NCBI RefSeq assembly: GCF_009914755.1
Contig: NC_060925.1
Length of the DNA stretch: 64,000 bases
Reading direction: 5' to 3' (one strand)
Source of the DNA: the human T2T-CHM13v2.0 reference genome, Homo sapiens
The notes under the pieces are model-generated. The model saw only the letters and a list, made by a program, of their open reading frames with translations. It made no database searches and was not told the origin of the DNA. Below are positions 1 through 13,759 of the stretch, piece after piece (within the stretch, counting starts at the first letter, position 1; every line of letters begins with the position of its first letter). The translations under genes and the position numbers were made by a program.

Positions 1-875
1 ATCGAATGGTCTCGAATGGAATCATCTTCTAATGGAAAGGAATGGAATCATCGCATAGAATCGAATGGAATTATCATCGAATGGAATCGAATGGTATCAA
101 CACCAAACGGAAAAAAACGGAATTATCGAATGGAATCGAAGAGAATCTTCGAACGGACCCGAATGGAATCATCTAATGGAATGGAATGGAATAATCCATG
201 GACTCGAATGCAATCATCATCGAATGGAATGGAATGGAATCATCGAATGGACTCGAATGGAATAATCATTGAACGGAATCGAATGGAATCATCATCGGAT
301 GGAAACGAATGGAATCATCATCGAATGGAAATGAAAGGAGTCATCATCTAATGGAATTGCATGGAATCATCATAAAATGGAATCGAATGGAATCAACATC
401 AAATGGAATCAAATGGAATCATTGAACGGAATTGAATGGAATCGTCATCGAATGAATTGAATGCAATCATCGAATGGTCTCGAATGGAATCATCTTCAAA
501 TGGAATGGAATGGAATCATCGCATAGAATCGAATGGAATTATCATCGAATGGAATCGAATGGAATCAACATCAAACGGAAAAAAACGGAATTATCGAATG
601 GAATCGAAGAGAATCATCGAATGGACCCGAATGGAATCATCTAATGGAATGGAATGGAATAATCCATGGACTCGAATGCAATCATCATCGAATGGAATCG
701 AATGGAATCATCGAATGGACTCGAATGGAATAATCATTGAACGGAAACGAATGGAATCATCATCGGATGGAAATGAATGGAATCATCATCGAATGGAATC
801 GAATAGAATTATGGAATGAAATCCAGTGTGATCATCATCGAATGGACCCGAATGGAATCATCATCCAACGGAAGC

Positions 876-886
876 TAATGGAATCA
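876..886 (+). promoter_or_regulatory. TAATGGAATCA, match to the DUX4 consensus TAAYBBAATCA (representative; second site at 1719-1729; recurs in most units)
   Basis: Motif match seen in sequence. DUX4 binding and induction of HSATII transcription is established at family level; occupancy of these particular sites is unproven. Confidence 0.4.
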
Positions 887-3800
887 ACATCGAATGAATC
901 AAATGGAAACACCATCGAATTGAAACGAATGGAATTATCATGAAATTGAAATGGATGGACTCATCATCGAATGGATTCGAATGGAATCATCGAATAAAAT
1001 TGATTGAAATCATCATCGAATGGAATCGAATGGTATCATTGAATGGAATCGAAAAGAATCATCATCAGATGGAAATGAATGGAATCGTCATAGAATGGAA
1101 TCGAATGGTATCATTGAATGGAATCAGATGGAATCATCGAATGGACTGGAATGGAATCATTGAATGGACTCGAAAGGGATCATGATTGAATGGAATTGAA
1201 TGGAATCATCGAATGGTCTCGATTGGAATCATTATCAAATGGAATCGAATGGAATCACCGAATAGAATCGAATGGAACAATCATCGAATGGACTCAAATG
1301 GAATTATCCTCAAATGGAATCGAATGGAATTATCAAATGCAATCGAATGGAATTAACGAATGCAATCGAATAGAATAATCGAATGGACTCGAATGCAATC
1401 ATCGAATGGAATGGAATGGAACAGTCAATGAACTCGAATGGAATCATCATTGAATGGAATCGAATGGAATCATCGAGTGGAATCGAATGGAATTATGATG
1501 AAATGGAATCGAATGTAATCATCATCAAATGGAATCAAAAATAACCATCATCAATTGGTATTGAATGGAATTGTCTTCAAATGGAATTCAAAGGAATCAT
1601 CATCAAATGGAACCGAATGGAATCCTCATTGAATGGAAATGAAAGGGGTCATCATCTAATGGAATCGCATGGAATCATCATCAAATGGAATCGAATGGAA
1701 TCATCATCAAATGGAATCTAATGGAATCATTGAACAGAATTGAATGGAATCGTCATCGAATGAATTGAATGCAATCATCGAATGGTCTCGAATGGAATCA
1801 TCTTCTAATGGAAAGGAATGGAATCATCGCATAGAATCGAATGGAATTATCATCGAATGGAATCGAATGGTATCAACACCAAACGGAAAAAAACGGAATT
1901 ATCGAATGGAATCGAAGAGAATCTTCGAACGGACCCGAATGGAATCATCTAATGGAATGGAATGGAATAATCCATGGACTCGAATGCAATCATCATCGAA
2001 TGGAATCGAATGGAATCATCGAATGGACTCGAATGGAATAATCATTGAACGGAATCGAATGGAATCATCATCGGATGGAAACGAATGGAATCATCATCGA
2101 ATGGAAATGAAAGGAGTCATCATCTAATGGAATTGCATGGAATCATCATAAAATGGAATCGAATGGAATTAACATCAAATGGAATCAAATGGAATAATTG
2201 AACGGAATTGAATGGAATCGTCATCGAATGAATTGAATGCAATCATCGAATGGTCTAGAATGGAATCATCTTCAAATGGAATGGAATGGAATCATCGCAT
2301 AGAATCGAATTGAAGTATCATCGAATGGAATGGAATGGAATCAACATCAAACGGAAAAAAACGGAATTATCGAATGGAATCGAATGGAATCATCGAATGG
2401 ACTCGAATGGAATAATCATTGAACGGAATCGAATGGAATCATCATCGGATGGAAATGAATGGAATCATCATCGAATGGAATCGAATAGAATTATGGAATG
2501 AAATCCAGTGTGATCATCATCGAATGGACCCGAATGGAATCATCATCCAATGGAAGCTAATGGAATCAACATCGAATGAATCGAATGGAAACACCATCGA
2601 ATTGAAACGAATGGAATTACCATGAAATTGAAATGGATGGACTCATCATCGAATGGATTCGGATGGAATCATCGAATAAAATTGATTGAAATCATCATCG
2701 AATGGAATCGAATGGTATCATTGAATGGAATCGAATGGAATCATCATCAGATGGAAATGAATGGAATCGTCATAGAATGGAATCGAATGGATTCATTGAA
2801 TGGAATCAGATGGAATCATCGAATGGACTGGAATGGAATCATTGAATGGACTCGAAAGGGATCATGATTGAATGGAATTGAATGGAATCATCGAATGGTC
2901 TCGATTGGAATCATTATCAAATGGAATCGAATGGAATCACCGAATAGAATCGAATGGAACAATCATCGAACGGACTCAAATGGAATTATCCTTAAATGGA
3001 ATCGAATGGAATTATTGAATGCAATCGAATGGAATTATCGAATGCAATCGAATAGAATCATCGAATGGACTCGAATGGAATCATCGAATGGAATGGAATG
3101 GAACAGTCAATGAACTCGAATGGAATCATCATTGAATGGAATCGAATGGAATCATCGAGTGGAATCGAATGGAATTATGATCAAATGGAATCGAATGTAA
3201 TCATCATCAAATGGAATCAAAAATAACCATCATCAATTGGTATTGAATGGAATTGTCATCAAAAGGAATTCAAAGGAATCATCATCAAATGGAACCGAAT
3301 GGAATCCTCATTGAATGGAAATGAAAGGGGTCATCATCTAATGGAATCGCATGGAATCATCATCAAATGGAATCGAATGGAATCATCATCAAATGGAATC
3401 TAATGGAATCATTGAACAGAATTGAATGGAATCGTCATCGAATGAATTGAATGCAATCATCGAATGGTCTCGAATGGAATCATCTTCTAATGGAAATGAA
3501 TGGAATCATCGCATAGAATCGAATGTAATTAACATTGAATGGACTCGAATGGAATCAACATCAAACGGAATCAAGCGGAATTATCGAATGGAATCGAAGA
3601 GATTCATCGAATGGACTCGAATGGAATCATCTAATGGAATGGAATGGAATAATCCATGGACCCGAATGCAATCATCATCGTATAAAATCGAATGGAATCA
3701 TCGAATGGACTCGAATGGAATAATCATTGAACGGAATCGAATGGAATCATCATCGGATGGAAACGAATGGAATCATCATCGAATGGAAATGAAAGGAGTC

Positions 3801-5175
3801 ATCATCTAATGGAATTGCATGGAATCATCATAAAATGGAATCGAATGGAATCAACATCAAATGGAATCAAATGGAATCATTGAACGGAATTGAATGGAGT
3901 CGTCATCGAATGAATTGAATGCAATCATCGAATGGTCTCGAATGGAATCATCTTCAAATGGAATGGAATGGAATCATCGCATAGAATCGAATGGAATTAT
4001 CATCGAATGGAATCGAATGGAATCAACCTCAAACGTAAAAAAACGGAATTATCGAATGGAATCGAAGAGAATCATCGAATGGACCCGAATGGAATCATCT
4101 AATGGAATGGAATGGAATAATCCATGGACTCGAATGCAATCATCATCGAATGGAATCGAATGGAATCATCGAGTGGACTCGAATGGAATAATCATTGAAC
4201 GGAATCGAATGGAATCATCATCGGATGTAAATGAATGGAATCATCATCGAATGGAATCGAATAGAATTATGGAATGAAATCCAGTGTGATCATCATCGAA
4301 TGGACCCGAATGGAATCATCATCCAACGGAAGCTAATGGAATCAACATGGAATGAATCGAATGGAAACACCATCGAATTGAAACGAATGGAATTATCATG
4401 AAATTGAAATGGATGGACTCATCATCGAATGGATTCGAATGGAATCATCGAATAAAATTGATTGAAATCATCATCGAATGGAATCGAATGGTATCATTGA
4501 ATGGAATCGAATGGAATCATCATCAGATGGAAATGAATGGAATCGTCATAGAATGGAATCGAATGGATTCATTGAATGGAATCAGATGGAATCATCGAAT
4601 GGACTGGAATGGAATCATTGAATGGACTCGAAAGGGATCATGATTGAATGGAATTGAATGGAATCATCGAATGGTCTCGATTGGAATCATTATCAAATGG
4701 AATCGAATGGAATCACCGAATACAATCGAATGGAACAATCATCGAATGGACTCAAATGGAATTATCCTCCAATGGAATCGAATGGAATTATCGAATGCAA
4801 TCGAATGGAATTATCGAATGCAATCGAATAGAATCATCGAATGGACTCGAATGGAATCATCGAATGGAATGGAATGGAACAGTCAATGAACACGAATGGA
4901 ATCATCATTGAATGGAATCGAATGGAATCATCGAGTGGAATCGAATGGAATTATGATCAAATGGAATCGAATGTAATCATCATCAAATGGAATCAAAAAT
5001 AACCATCATCAATTGGTATTGAATGGAATTGTCATCAAATGGAATTCAAAGGAATCATCATCAAATGGAACCGAATGGAATCCTCATTGAATGGAAATGA
5101 AAGGGGTCATCATCTAATGGAATCGCATGGAATCATCATCAAATGGAATCTAATGGAATCATTGAACAGAATTGA

Positions 5176-6951
5176 ATGGAATCGTCATCGAATGAATTGA
5201 ATGCAATCATCGAATGGTCTCGAATGGAATCATCTTCTAATGCAAAGGAATGGAATCATCGCATAGAATCGAATGGAATTATCATCAAATGGAATCGAAT
5301 GGTATCAAAACCAAACGGAAAAAAACGGAATTATCGAATGGAATCGAAGAGAATCTTCGAACGGACCCGAATGGAATCATCTAATGGAATGGAATGGAAT
5401 AATCCATGGACTCGAATGCAATCATCATCGAATGGAATCGAATGGAATCATCGAATGGACTCGAATGGAATAATCATTGAACGGAATCGAATGGAATCAT
5501 CATCGGATGGAAACGAATGGAATCATCATCGAATGGAAATGAAAGGAGTCATCATCTAATGCAATTGCATGGAATCATCATCAAATGGAATCGAATGGAA
5601 TCAACATCAAATGGAATCTAATGGAATCATTGAACAGAATTGAATGGAATCGTCATCGAATGAATTGACTGCAATCATCGAATGGTCTCGAATGGAATCA
5701 TCTTCAAATGGAATGGAATGGAATCATCGCATAGAATCGAATGGAATTATCATCGAATGGAATCGAATGGAATCAACATCAAACGGAAAAAAACGGAATT
5801 ATCGAATGGAATCGAAGAGAATCATCGAATGGACCCGAATGGAATCATCTAATGGAATGGAATGGAATAATCCATGGACTCGAATGCAATCATCATCGAA
5901 TGGAATCGAATGGAATCATCGAATGGACTCGAATGGAATAATCATTGAACGGAATCGAATGGAATCATCATCGGATGGAAATGAATGGAATCATCATCGA
6001 ATGGAATCGAATAGAATTATGGAATGAAATCCAGTGTGATCATCATCGAATGGACCCGAATGGAATCATCATCCAACGGAAGCTAATGGAATCAACATCG
6101 AATGAATCAAATGGAAACATCATCGAATTGAAACGAATGGAATTATCATGAAATTGAAATGGATGGACTCATCATCGAATGGATTCGAATGGAATCATCG
6201 AATAAAATTGATTGAAATCATCATCCAATGGAATCGAATGGTATCATTGAATGGAATCGAATGGAATCATCATCAGATGGAAATGAATGGAATCGTCATA
6301 GAATGGAATCGAATGGATTCATTGAATGGAATCAGATGGAATCATCGAATGGACTGGAATGGAATCATTGAATGGACTCGAAAGGGATCATGATTGAATG
6401 GAATTGAATGGAATCATCGAATGGTCTCGATTGGAATCATTATCAAATGGAATCGAATGGAATCACCGAATAGAATCGAATGGAACAATCATCGAATGGA
6501 CTCAAATGGAATTATCCTCAAATGGAATCGAATGGAATTATCGAATGCAATCGAATGGAATTATCGAATGCAATCGAATAGAATCATCGAATGGACTCGA
6601 ATGGAATCATCGAATGGAATGGAATGGAACAGTCAATGAACTCGAATGGAATCATCATTGAATGGAATCGAATGGAATCATCGAGTGGAATCGAATGGAA
6701 TTATGATCAAATGGAATCGAATGTAATCATCATCCAATGGAATCAAAAATAACCATCATCAATTGGTATTGAATGGAATTGTCATCAAATGGAATTCAAA
6801 GGAATCATCATCAAATGGAACCGAATGGAATCCTCATTGAATGGAAATGAAAGGGGTCATCATCTAATGGAATCGCATGGAATCATCATCAAATGGAATC
6901 GAATGGAATCATCATCAAATGGAATCTAATGGAATCATTGAACAGAATTGA
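5176..6951 (+). repeat. Representative canonical-length 1776-bp unit = block A (468 bp, 5176-5643) + block B (1308 bp, 5644-6951)
   Basis: Spacing of homologous starts 5176/5644/6952. A typically carries TCTAATGGAAAGG, GGTATCAACACC, CTTCGAACGG; B carries TCAAATGGAATGG, GGAATCAACATC, CATCGAATGGACCC then unique landmarks (CCAGTGTG, GGAAGCTA, TAAAATTGATTG, CAAAAATAACC, GAATTC, AAGGGGTC). Confidence 0.9.
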
Positions 6952-9049
6952 ATGGAATCGTCATCGAATGAATTGAATGCAATCATCGAATGGTCTCGAA
7001 TGGAATCATCTTCTAATGGAAAGGAATGGAATCATCGCATAGAATCGAATGGAATTATCATCGAATGGAATCGAATGGTATCAACACCAAACGGAAAAAA
7101 ACGGAATTATCGAATGGAATCGAAGAGAATCTTCGAACGGACCCGAATGGAATCATCTAATGGAATGGAATGGAATAATCCATGGACTCGAATGCAATCA
7201 TCATCGAATGGAATCGAATGGAATCATCGAATGGACTCGAATGGAATAATCATTGAACGGAATCGAATGGAATCATCATCGGATGGAAACGAATGGAATC
7301 ATCATCGAATGGAAATGAAAGGAGTCATCATCTAATGGAATTGCATGGAATCATCATAAAATGGAATCGAATGGAATCAACATCAAATGGAATCAAATGG
7401 AATCATTGAACGGAATTGAATGGAATCGTCATCGAATGAATTGACTGCAATCATCGAATGGTTCGAATGGAATCATCTTCAAATGGAATGGAATGGAATC
7501 ATCGCATAGAATCGAATGGAATTATCATCGAATGGAATCGAATGGAATCAACATCAAACGGAAAAAAACGGAATTATCGAATGGAATCGAAGAGAATCAT
7601 CGAATGGACCCGAATGGAATCATCTAATGGAATGGAATGGAATAATCCATGGACTCGAATGCAATCATCATCGAATGGAATCGAATGGAATCATCGAATG
7701 AACTCGAATGGAATCATCATTGAATGGAATCGAATGGAATCATCGAGTGGAATCGAATGGAATTATGATCAAATGGAATCGAATGTAATCATCATCAAAT
7801 GGAATCAAAAATAACCATCATCAATTGGTATTGAATGGAATTGTCATCAAATGGAATTCAAAGGAATCATCATCAAATGGAACCGAATGGAATCCTCATT
7901 GAATGGAAATGAAAGGGGTCATCATCTAATGGAATCGCATGGAATCATCATCAAATGGAATCTAATGGAATCATTGAACAGAATTGAATGGAATCGTCAT
8001 CGAATGAATTGAATGCAATCATCGAATGGTCTCGAATGGAATCATCTTCTAATGCAAAGGAATGGAATCATCGCATAGAATCGAATGGAATTATCATCAA
8101 ATGGAATCGAATGGTATCAACACCAAACGGAAAAAAACGGAATTATCGAATGGAATCGAAGAGAATCTTCGAACGGACCCGAATGGAATCATCTAATGGA
8201 ATGGAATGGAATAATCCATGGACTCGAATGCAATCATCATCGAATGGAATCGAATGGAATCATCGAATGGACTCGAATGGAATAATCATTGAACGGAATC
8301 GAATGGAATCATCATCGGATGGAAACGAATGGAATCATCATCGAATGGAAATGAAAGGAGTCATCATCTAATGGAATTGCATGGAATCATCATAAAATGG
8401 AATCGAATGGAATCAACATCAAATGGAATCAAATGGAATCATTGAACGGAATTGAATGGAATCGTCATCGAATGAATTGACTGCAATCATCGAATGGTTC
8501 GAATGGAATCATCTTCAAATGGAATGGAATGGAATCATCGCATAGAATCGAATGGAATTATCATCGAATGGAATCGAATGGAATCAACATCAAACGGAAA
8601 AAAACGGAATTATCGAATGGAATCGAAGAGAATCATCGAATGGACCCGAATGGAATCATCTAATGGAATGGAATGGAATAATCCATGGACTCGAATGCAA
8701 TCATCATCGAATGGAATCGAATGGAATCATCGAATGAACTCGAATGGAATCATCATTGAATGGAATCGAATGGAATCATCGAGTGGAATCGAATGGAATT
8801 ATGATCAAATGGAATCGAATGTAATCATCATCAAATGGAATCAAAAATAACCATCATCAATTGGTATTGAATGGAATTGTCATCAAATGGAATTCAAAGG
8901 AATCATCATCAAATGGAACCGAATGGAATCCTCATTGAATGGAAATGAAAGGGGTCATCATCTAATGGAATCGCATGGAATCATCATCAAATGGAATCGA
9001 ATGGAATCATCATCAAATGGAATCTAATGGAATCATTGAACAGAATTGA
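6952..9049 (+). repeat. Two tandem short units (1036 and 1062 bp) carrying a 713-bp deletion of block B
   Basis: Starts 6952/7988/9050; junction CATCGAATG|AACTCG at ~7700 and ~8736; both share a 1-bp deletion GGTTCG (vs GGTCTCG) at ~7461 and ~8497. Confidence 0.88.
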
Positions 9050-10825
9050 ATGGAATCGTCATCGAATGAATTGAATGCAATCATCGAATGGTCTCGAATG
9101 GAATCATCTTCTAATGGAAAGGAATGGAATCATCGCATAGAATCGAATGGAATTATCATTGAATGGAATCGAATGGTATCAACACCAAATGGAAAAAAAC
9201 GGAATTATCGAATGGAATCGAAGAGAATCTTCGAACGGACCCGAATGGAATCATCTAATGGAATGGAATGGAATAATCCATGGACTCGAATGCAATCATC
9301 ATCGAATGGAATGGAATGGAATCATCGAATGGACTCGAATGGAATAATCATTGAACGGAATCGAATGGAATCATCATCGGATGGAAACGAATGGAATCAT
9401 CATCGAATGGAAATGAAAGGAGTCATCATCTAATGGAATTGCATGGAATCATCATAAAATGGAATCGAATGGAATCAACATCAAATGGAATCAAATGGAA
9501 TAATTGAACGGAATTGAATGGAATCGTCATCGAATGAATTGACTGCAATCATCGAATGGTCTCGAATGGAATCATCTTCAAATGGAATGGAATGGAATCA
9601 TCGCATAGAATCGAATGGAATTATCATCGAATGGAATCGAATGGAATCAACATCAAACGGAAAATAACGGAATTATCGAATGGAATCGAAGAGAATCATC
9701 GAATGGACCCGAATGGAATCATCTAATGGAATGGAATGGAATAATCCATGGACTCGAATGCAATCATCATCGAATGGAATCGAATGGAATCATCGAATGG
9801 ACTCGAATGGAATAATCATTGAACGGAAACGAATGGAATCATCATTGGATGGAAATGAATGGAATCATCATCGAATGGAATCGAATAGAATTATGGAATG
9901 AAATCCAGTGTGATCATCATCGAATGGACCCGAATGGAATCATCATCCAACGGAAGCTAATGGAATCAACATCGAATGAATCGAATGGAAACACCATCGA
10001 ATTGAAACGAATGGAATTATCATGAAATTGAAATGGATGGACTCATCATCGAATGGATTCGAATAGAATCATCGAATAAAATTGATTGAAATCATCATCG
10101 AATGGAATCGAATGGTATCATTGAATGGAATCGAATGGAATCATCATCAGATGGAAATGAATGGAATCGTCATAGAATGGAATCGAATGGATTCATTGAA
10201 TGGAATCAGATGGAATCATCGAATGGACTGGAATGGAATCATTGAATGGACTCGAAAGGGATCATGATTGAATGGAATTGAATGGAATCATCGAATGGTC
10301 TCGATTGGAATCATTATCAAATGGAATCGAATGGAATCACCGAATAGAATCGAATGGAACAATCATCGAATGGACTCAAATGGAATTATCCTCAAATGGA
10401 ATCGAATGGAATTATCGAATGCAATCGAATGGAATTATCGAATGCAATCGAATAGAATCATCGAATGGACTCGAATGGAATCATCGAATAGAATGGAATG
10501 GAACAGTCAATGAACTCGAATGGAATCATCATTGAATGGAATCGAATGGAATCATCGAGTGGAATCGAATGGAATTATGATCAAATGGAATCGAATGTAA
10601 TCATCATCAAATGGAATCAAAAATAACCATCATCAATTGGTATTGAATGGAATTGTCATCAAATGGAATTCAAAGGAATCATCATCAAATGGAACCGAAT
10701 GGAATCCTCATTGAATGGAAATGAAAGGGGTCATCATCTAATGGAATCGCATGGAATCATCATCAAATGGAATCGAATGGAATCATCATCAAATGGAATC
10801 TAATGGAATCATTGAACAGAATTGA

Positions 10826-12977
10826 ATGGAATGGTCATCGAATGAATTGAATGCAATCATCGAATGGTCTCGAATGGAATCATCTTCTAATGGAAAGGAA
10901 TGGAATCATCGCATAGAATCGAATGGAATTATCATCGAATGGAATCGAATGGTATCAACACCAAACGGAAAAAAACGGAATTATCGAATGGAATCGAAGA
11001 GAATCTTCGAACGGACCCGAATGGAATCATCTAATGGAATGGAATGGAATAATCCATGGACTCGAATGCAATCATCATCGAATGGAATCGAATGGAATCA
11101 TCGAATGGACTCAAATGGAATAATCATTGAACGGAATCGAATGGAATCATCATCGGATGGAAACGAATGGAATCATCATCGAATGGAAATGAAAGGAGTC
11201 ATCATCTAATGGAATTGCATGGAATCATCATCAAATGGAATCGAATGGAATCAACATCAAATGGAATCAAATGGAATAATTGAACGGAATTGAATGGAAT
11301 CGTCATCGAATGAATTGACTGCAATCATCGAATGGTCTCGAATTTAATCATCTTCAAATGGAATGGAATGGAATCATCGCATAAAATCGAATGGAATTAT
11401 CATCGAATGGAATCGAATGGAATCAACATCAAACGGAAAAAAACGGAATTATCGAATGGAATCGAAGAGAATCATCGAATGGACCCGAATGGAAACATCT
11501 AATGGAATGGAATGGAATAATCCATGGACTCGAATGCAATCATCATCGAATGGAATCGAATGGAATCATCGAATGAACTCGAATGGAATCATCATTGAAT
11601 GGAATCGAATGGAATCATCGAGTGGAATCGAATGGAATTATGATCAAATGGAATCGAATGTAATCATCATCAAATGGAATCAAAAATAACCATCATCAAT
11701 TGGTATTGAATGGAATTGTCATCAAATGGAATTCAAAGGAATCATCATCAAATGGAACCGAATGGAATCCTCATTGAATGGAAATGAAAGGGGTCATCAT
11801 CTAATGGAATCGCATGGAATCATCATCAAATGGAATCGAATGGAATCATCATCAAATGGAATCTAATGGAATCATTGAACAGAATTGAATGGAATCGTCA
11901 TCGAATGAATTGAATGCAATCATCGAATGGTCTCGAATGGAATCATCTTCTAATGGAAAGGAATGGAATCATCGCATAGAATCGAATGGAATTATCATCG
12001 AATGGAATCGAATGGTATCAACACCAAACGGAAAAAAACGGAATTATCGAATGGAATCGAAGAGAATCTTCGAACGGACCCGAATGGAATCATCTAATGG
12101 AATGGAATGGAATAATCCATGGACTCGAATTCAATCATCATTGAATGGAATCGAATGGAATCATCGAATGGACTCGAATGGAATAATCATTGAACGGAAT
12201 CGAATGGAATCATCATCGGATGGAATCGAATGGAATCATCATCGGATGGAAACGAATGGAATCATCATCGAATGGAAATGAAAGGAGTCATCATCTAATG
12301 GAATTGCATGGAATCATCATCAAATGGAATCGAATGGAATCAACATCAAATGGAATCAAATGGAATAATTGAACGGAATTGAATGGAATCGTCATCGAAT
12401 GAATTGACTGCAATCATCGAATGGTCTCGAATGGAATCATCTTCAAATGGAATGGAATGGAATCATCGCATAAAATCGAATGGAATTATCATCGAATGGA
12501 ATCGAATGGAATCAACATCAAACGGAAAAAAACGGAATTATCGAATGGAATCGAAGAGAATCATCGAATGGACCCGAATGGAAACATCTAATGGAATGGA
12601 ATGGAATAATCCATGGACTCGAATGCAATCATCATCGAATGGAATCGAATGGAATCATCGAATGAACTCGAATGGAATCATCATTGAATGGAATCGAATG
12701 GAATCATCGAGTGGAATCGAATGGAATTATGATCAAATGGAATCGAATGTAATCCTCATCAAATGGAATCAAAAATAACCATCATCAATTGGTATTGAAT
12801 GGAATTGTCATCAAATGGAATTCAAAGGAATCATCATCAAATGGAACCGAATGGAATCCTCATTGAATGGAAATGAAAGGGGTCATCATCTAATGGAATC
12901 GCATGGAATCATCATCAAATGGAATCGAATGGAATCATCATCAAATGGAATCTAATGGAATCATTGAACAGAATTGA
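10826..12977 (+). repeat. Two tandem short units (1063 and 1089 bp) with the same 713-bp deletion
   Basis: Starts 10826/11889/12978; junctions at ~11575 and ~12664; shared variants CATAAAATCG and GGAAACATCT; second unit has a 26-bp duplication at ~12215-12250. Confidence 0.88.
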
Positions 12978-13759
12978 ATGGAATCGTCATCGAATGAATT
13001 GAATGCAATCATCGAATGGTCTCGAATGGAATCATCTTCTAATGGAAAGGAATGGAATCATCGCATAGAATCGAATGGAATTATCATCGAATGGAATCGA
13101 ATGGTATCAACACCAAACGGAAAAAAACGGAATTATCGAATGGAATCGAAGAGAATCTTCGAACGGACCCGAATGGAATCATCTAATGGAATGGAATGGA
13201 ATAATCCATGGACTCGAATTCAATCATCATTGAATGGAATCGAATGGAATCATCGAATGGACTCGAATGGAATAATCATTGAACGGAATCAAATGGAATC
13301 ATCATCGGATGGAAACGAATGGAATCATCATCGAATGGAAATGAAAGGAGTCATCATCTAATGGAATTGCATGGAATCATCATAAAATGGAATCGAATGG
13401 AATCAACATCAAATGGAATCAAATGGAATCATTGAACGGAATTGAATGGAATCGTCATCGAATGAATTGAATGCAATCATCGAATGGTCTCGAATGGAAT
13501 CATCTTCAAATGGAATGGAATGGAATCATCACATAGAATCGAATGGAATTATCATCGAATGGAATCGAATGGAATCAACATCAAACGGAAAAAAACGGAA
13601 TTATCGAATGCAATCGAAGAGAATCATCGAATGGACCCGAATGGAATCATCTAATGGAATGGAATGGAATAATCCATGGACTCGAATGCAATCATCATCG
13701 AATGGAATCGAATGGAATCATCGAATGGACTCGAATGGAATAATCATTGAACGGAATCG

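Noticed and set aside
107-120. ACGGAAAAAAACGG A-run as terminator or poly(A) remnant; AATAAA at ~993 as a polyadenylation signal
   Set aside because: Short motifs derivable by point mutation from the satellite consensus in A-rich sequence; no supporting context.
5176-7700. Arithmetic coincidences 468=18x26 and 713=31x23
   Set aside because: These segments are mixtures of 23-, 26- and irregular subunits, so the factorisation is not evidence of a pure periodic origin.
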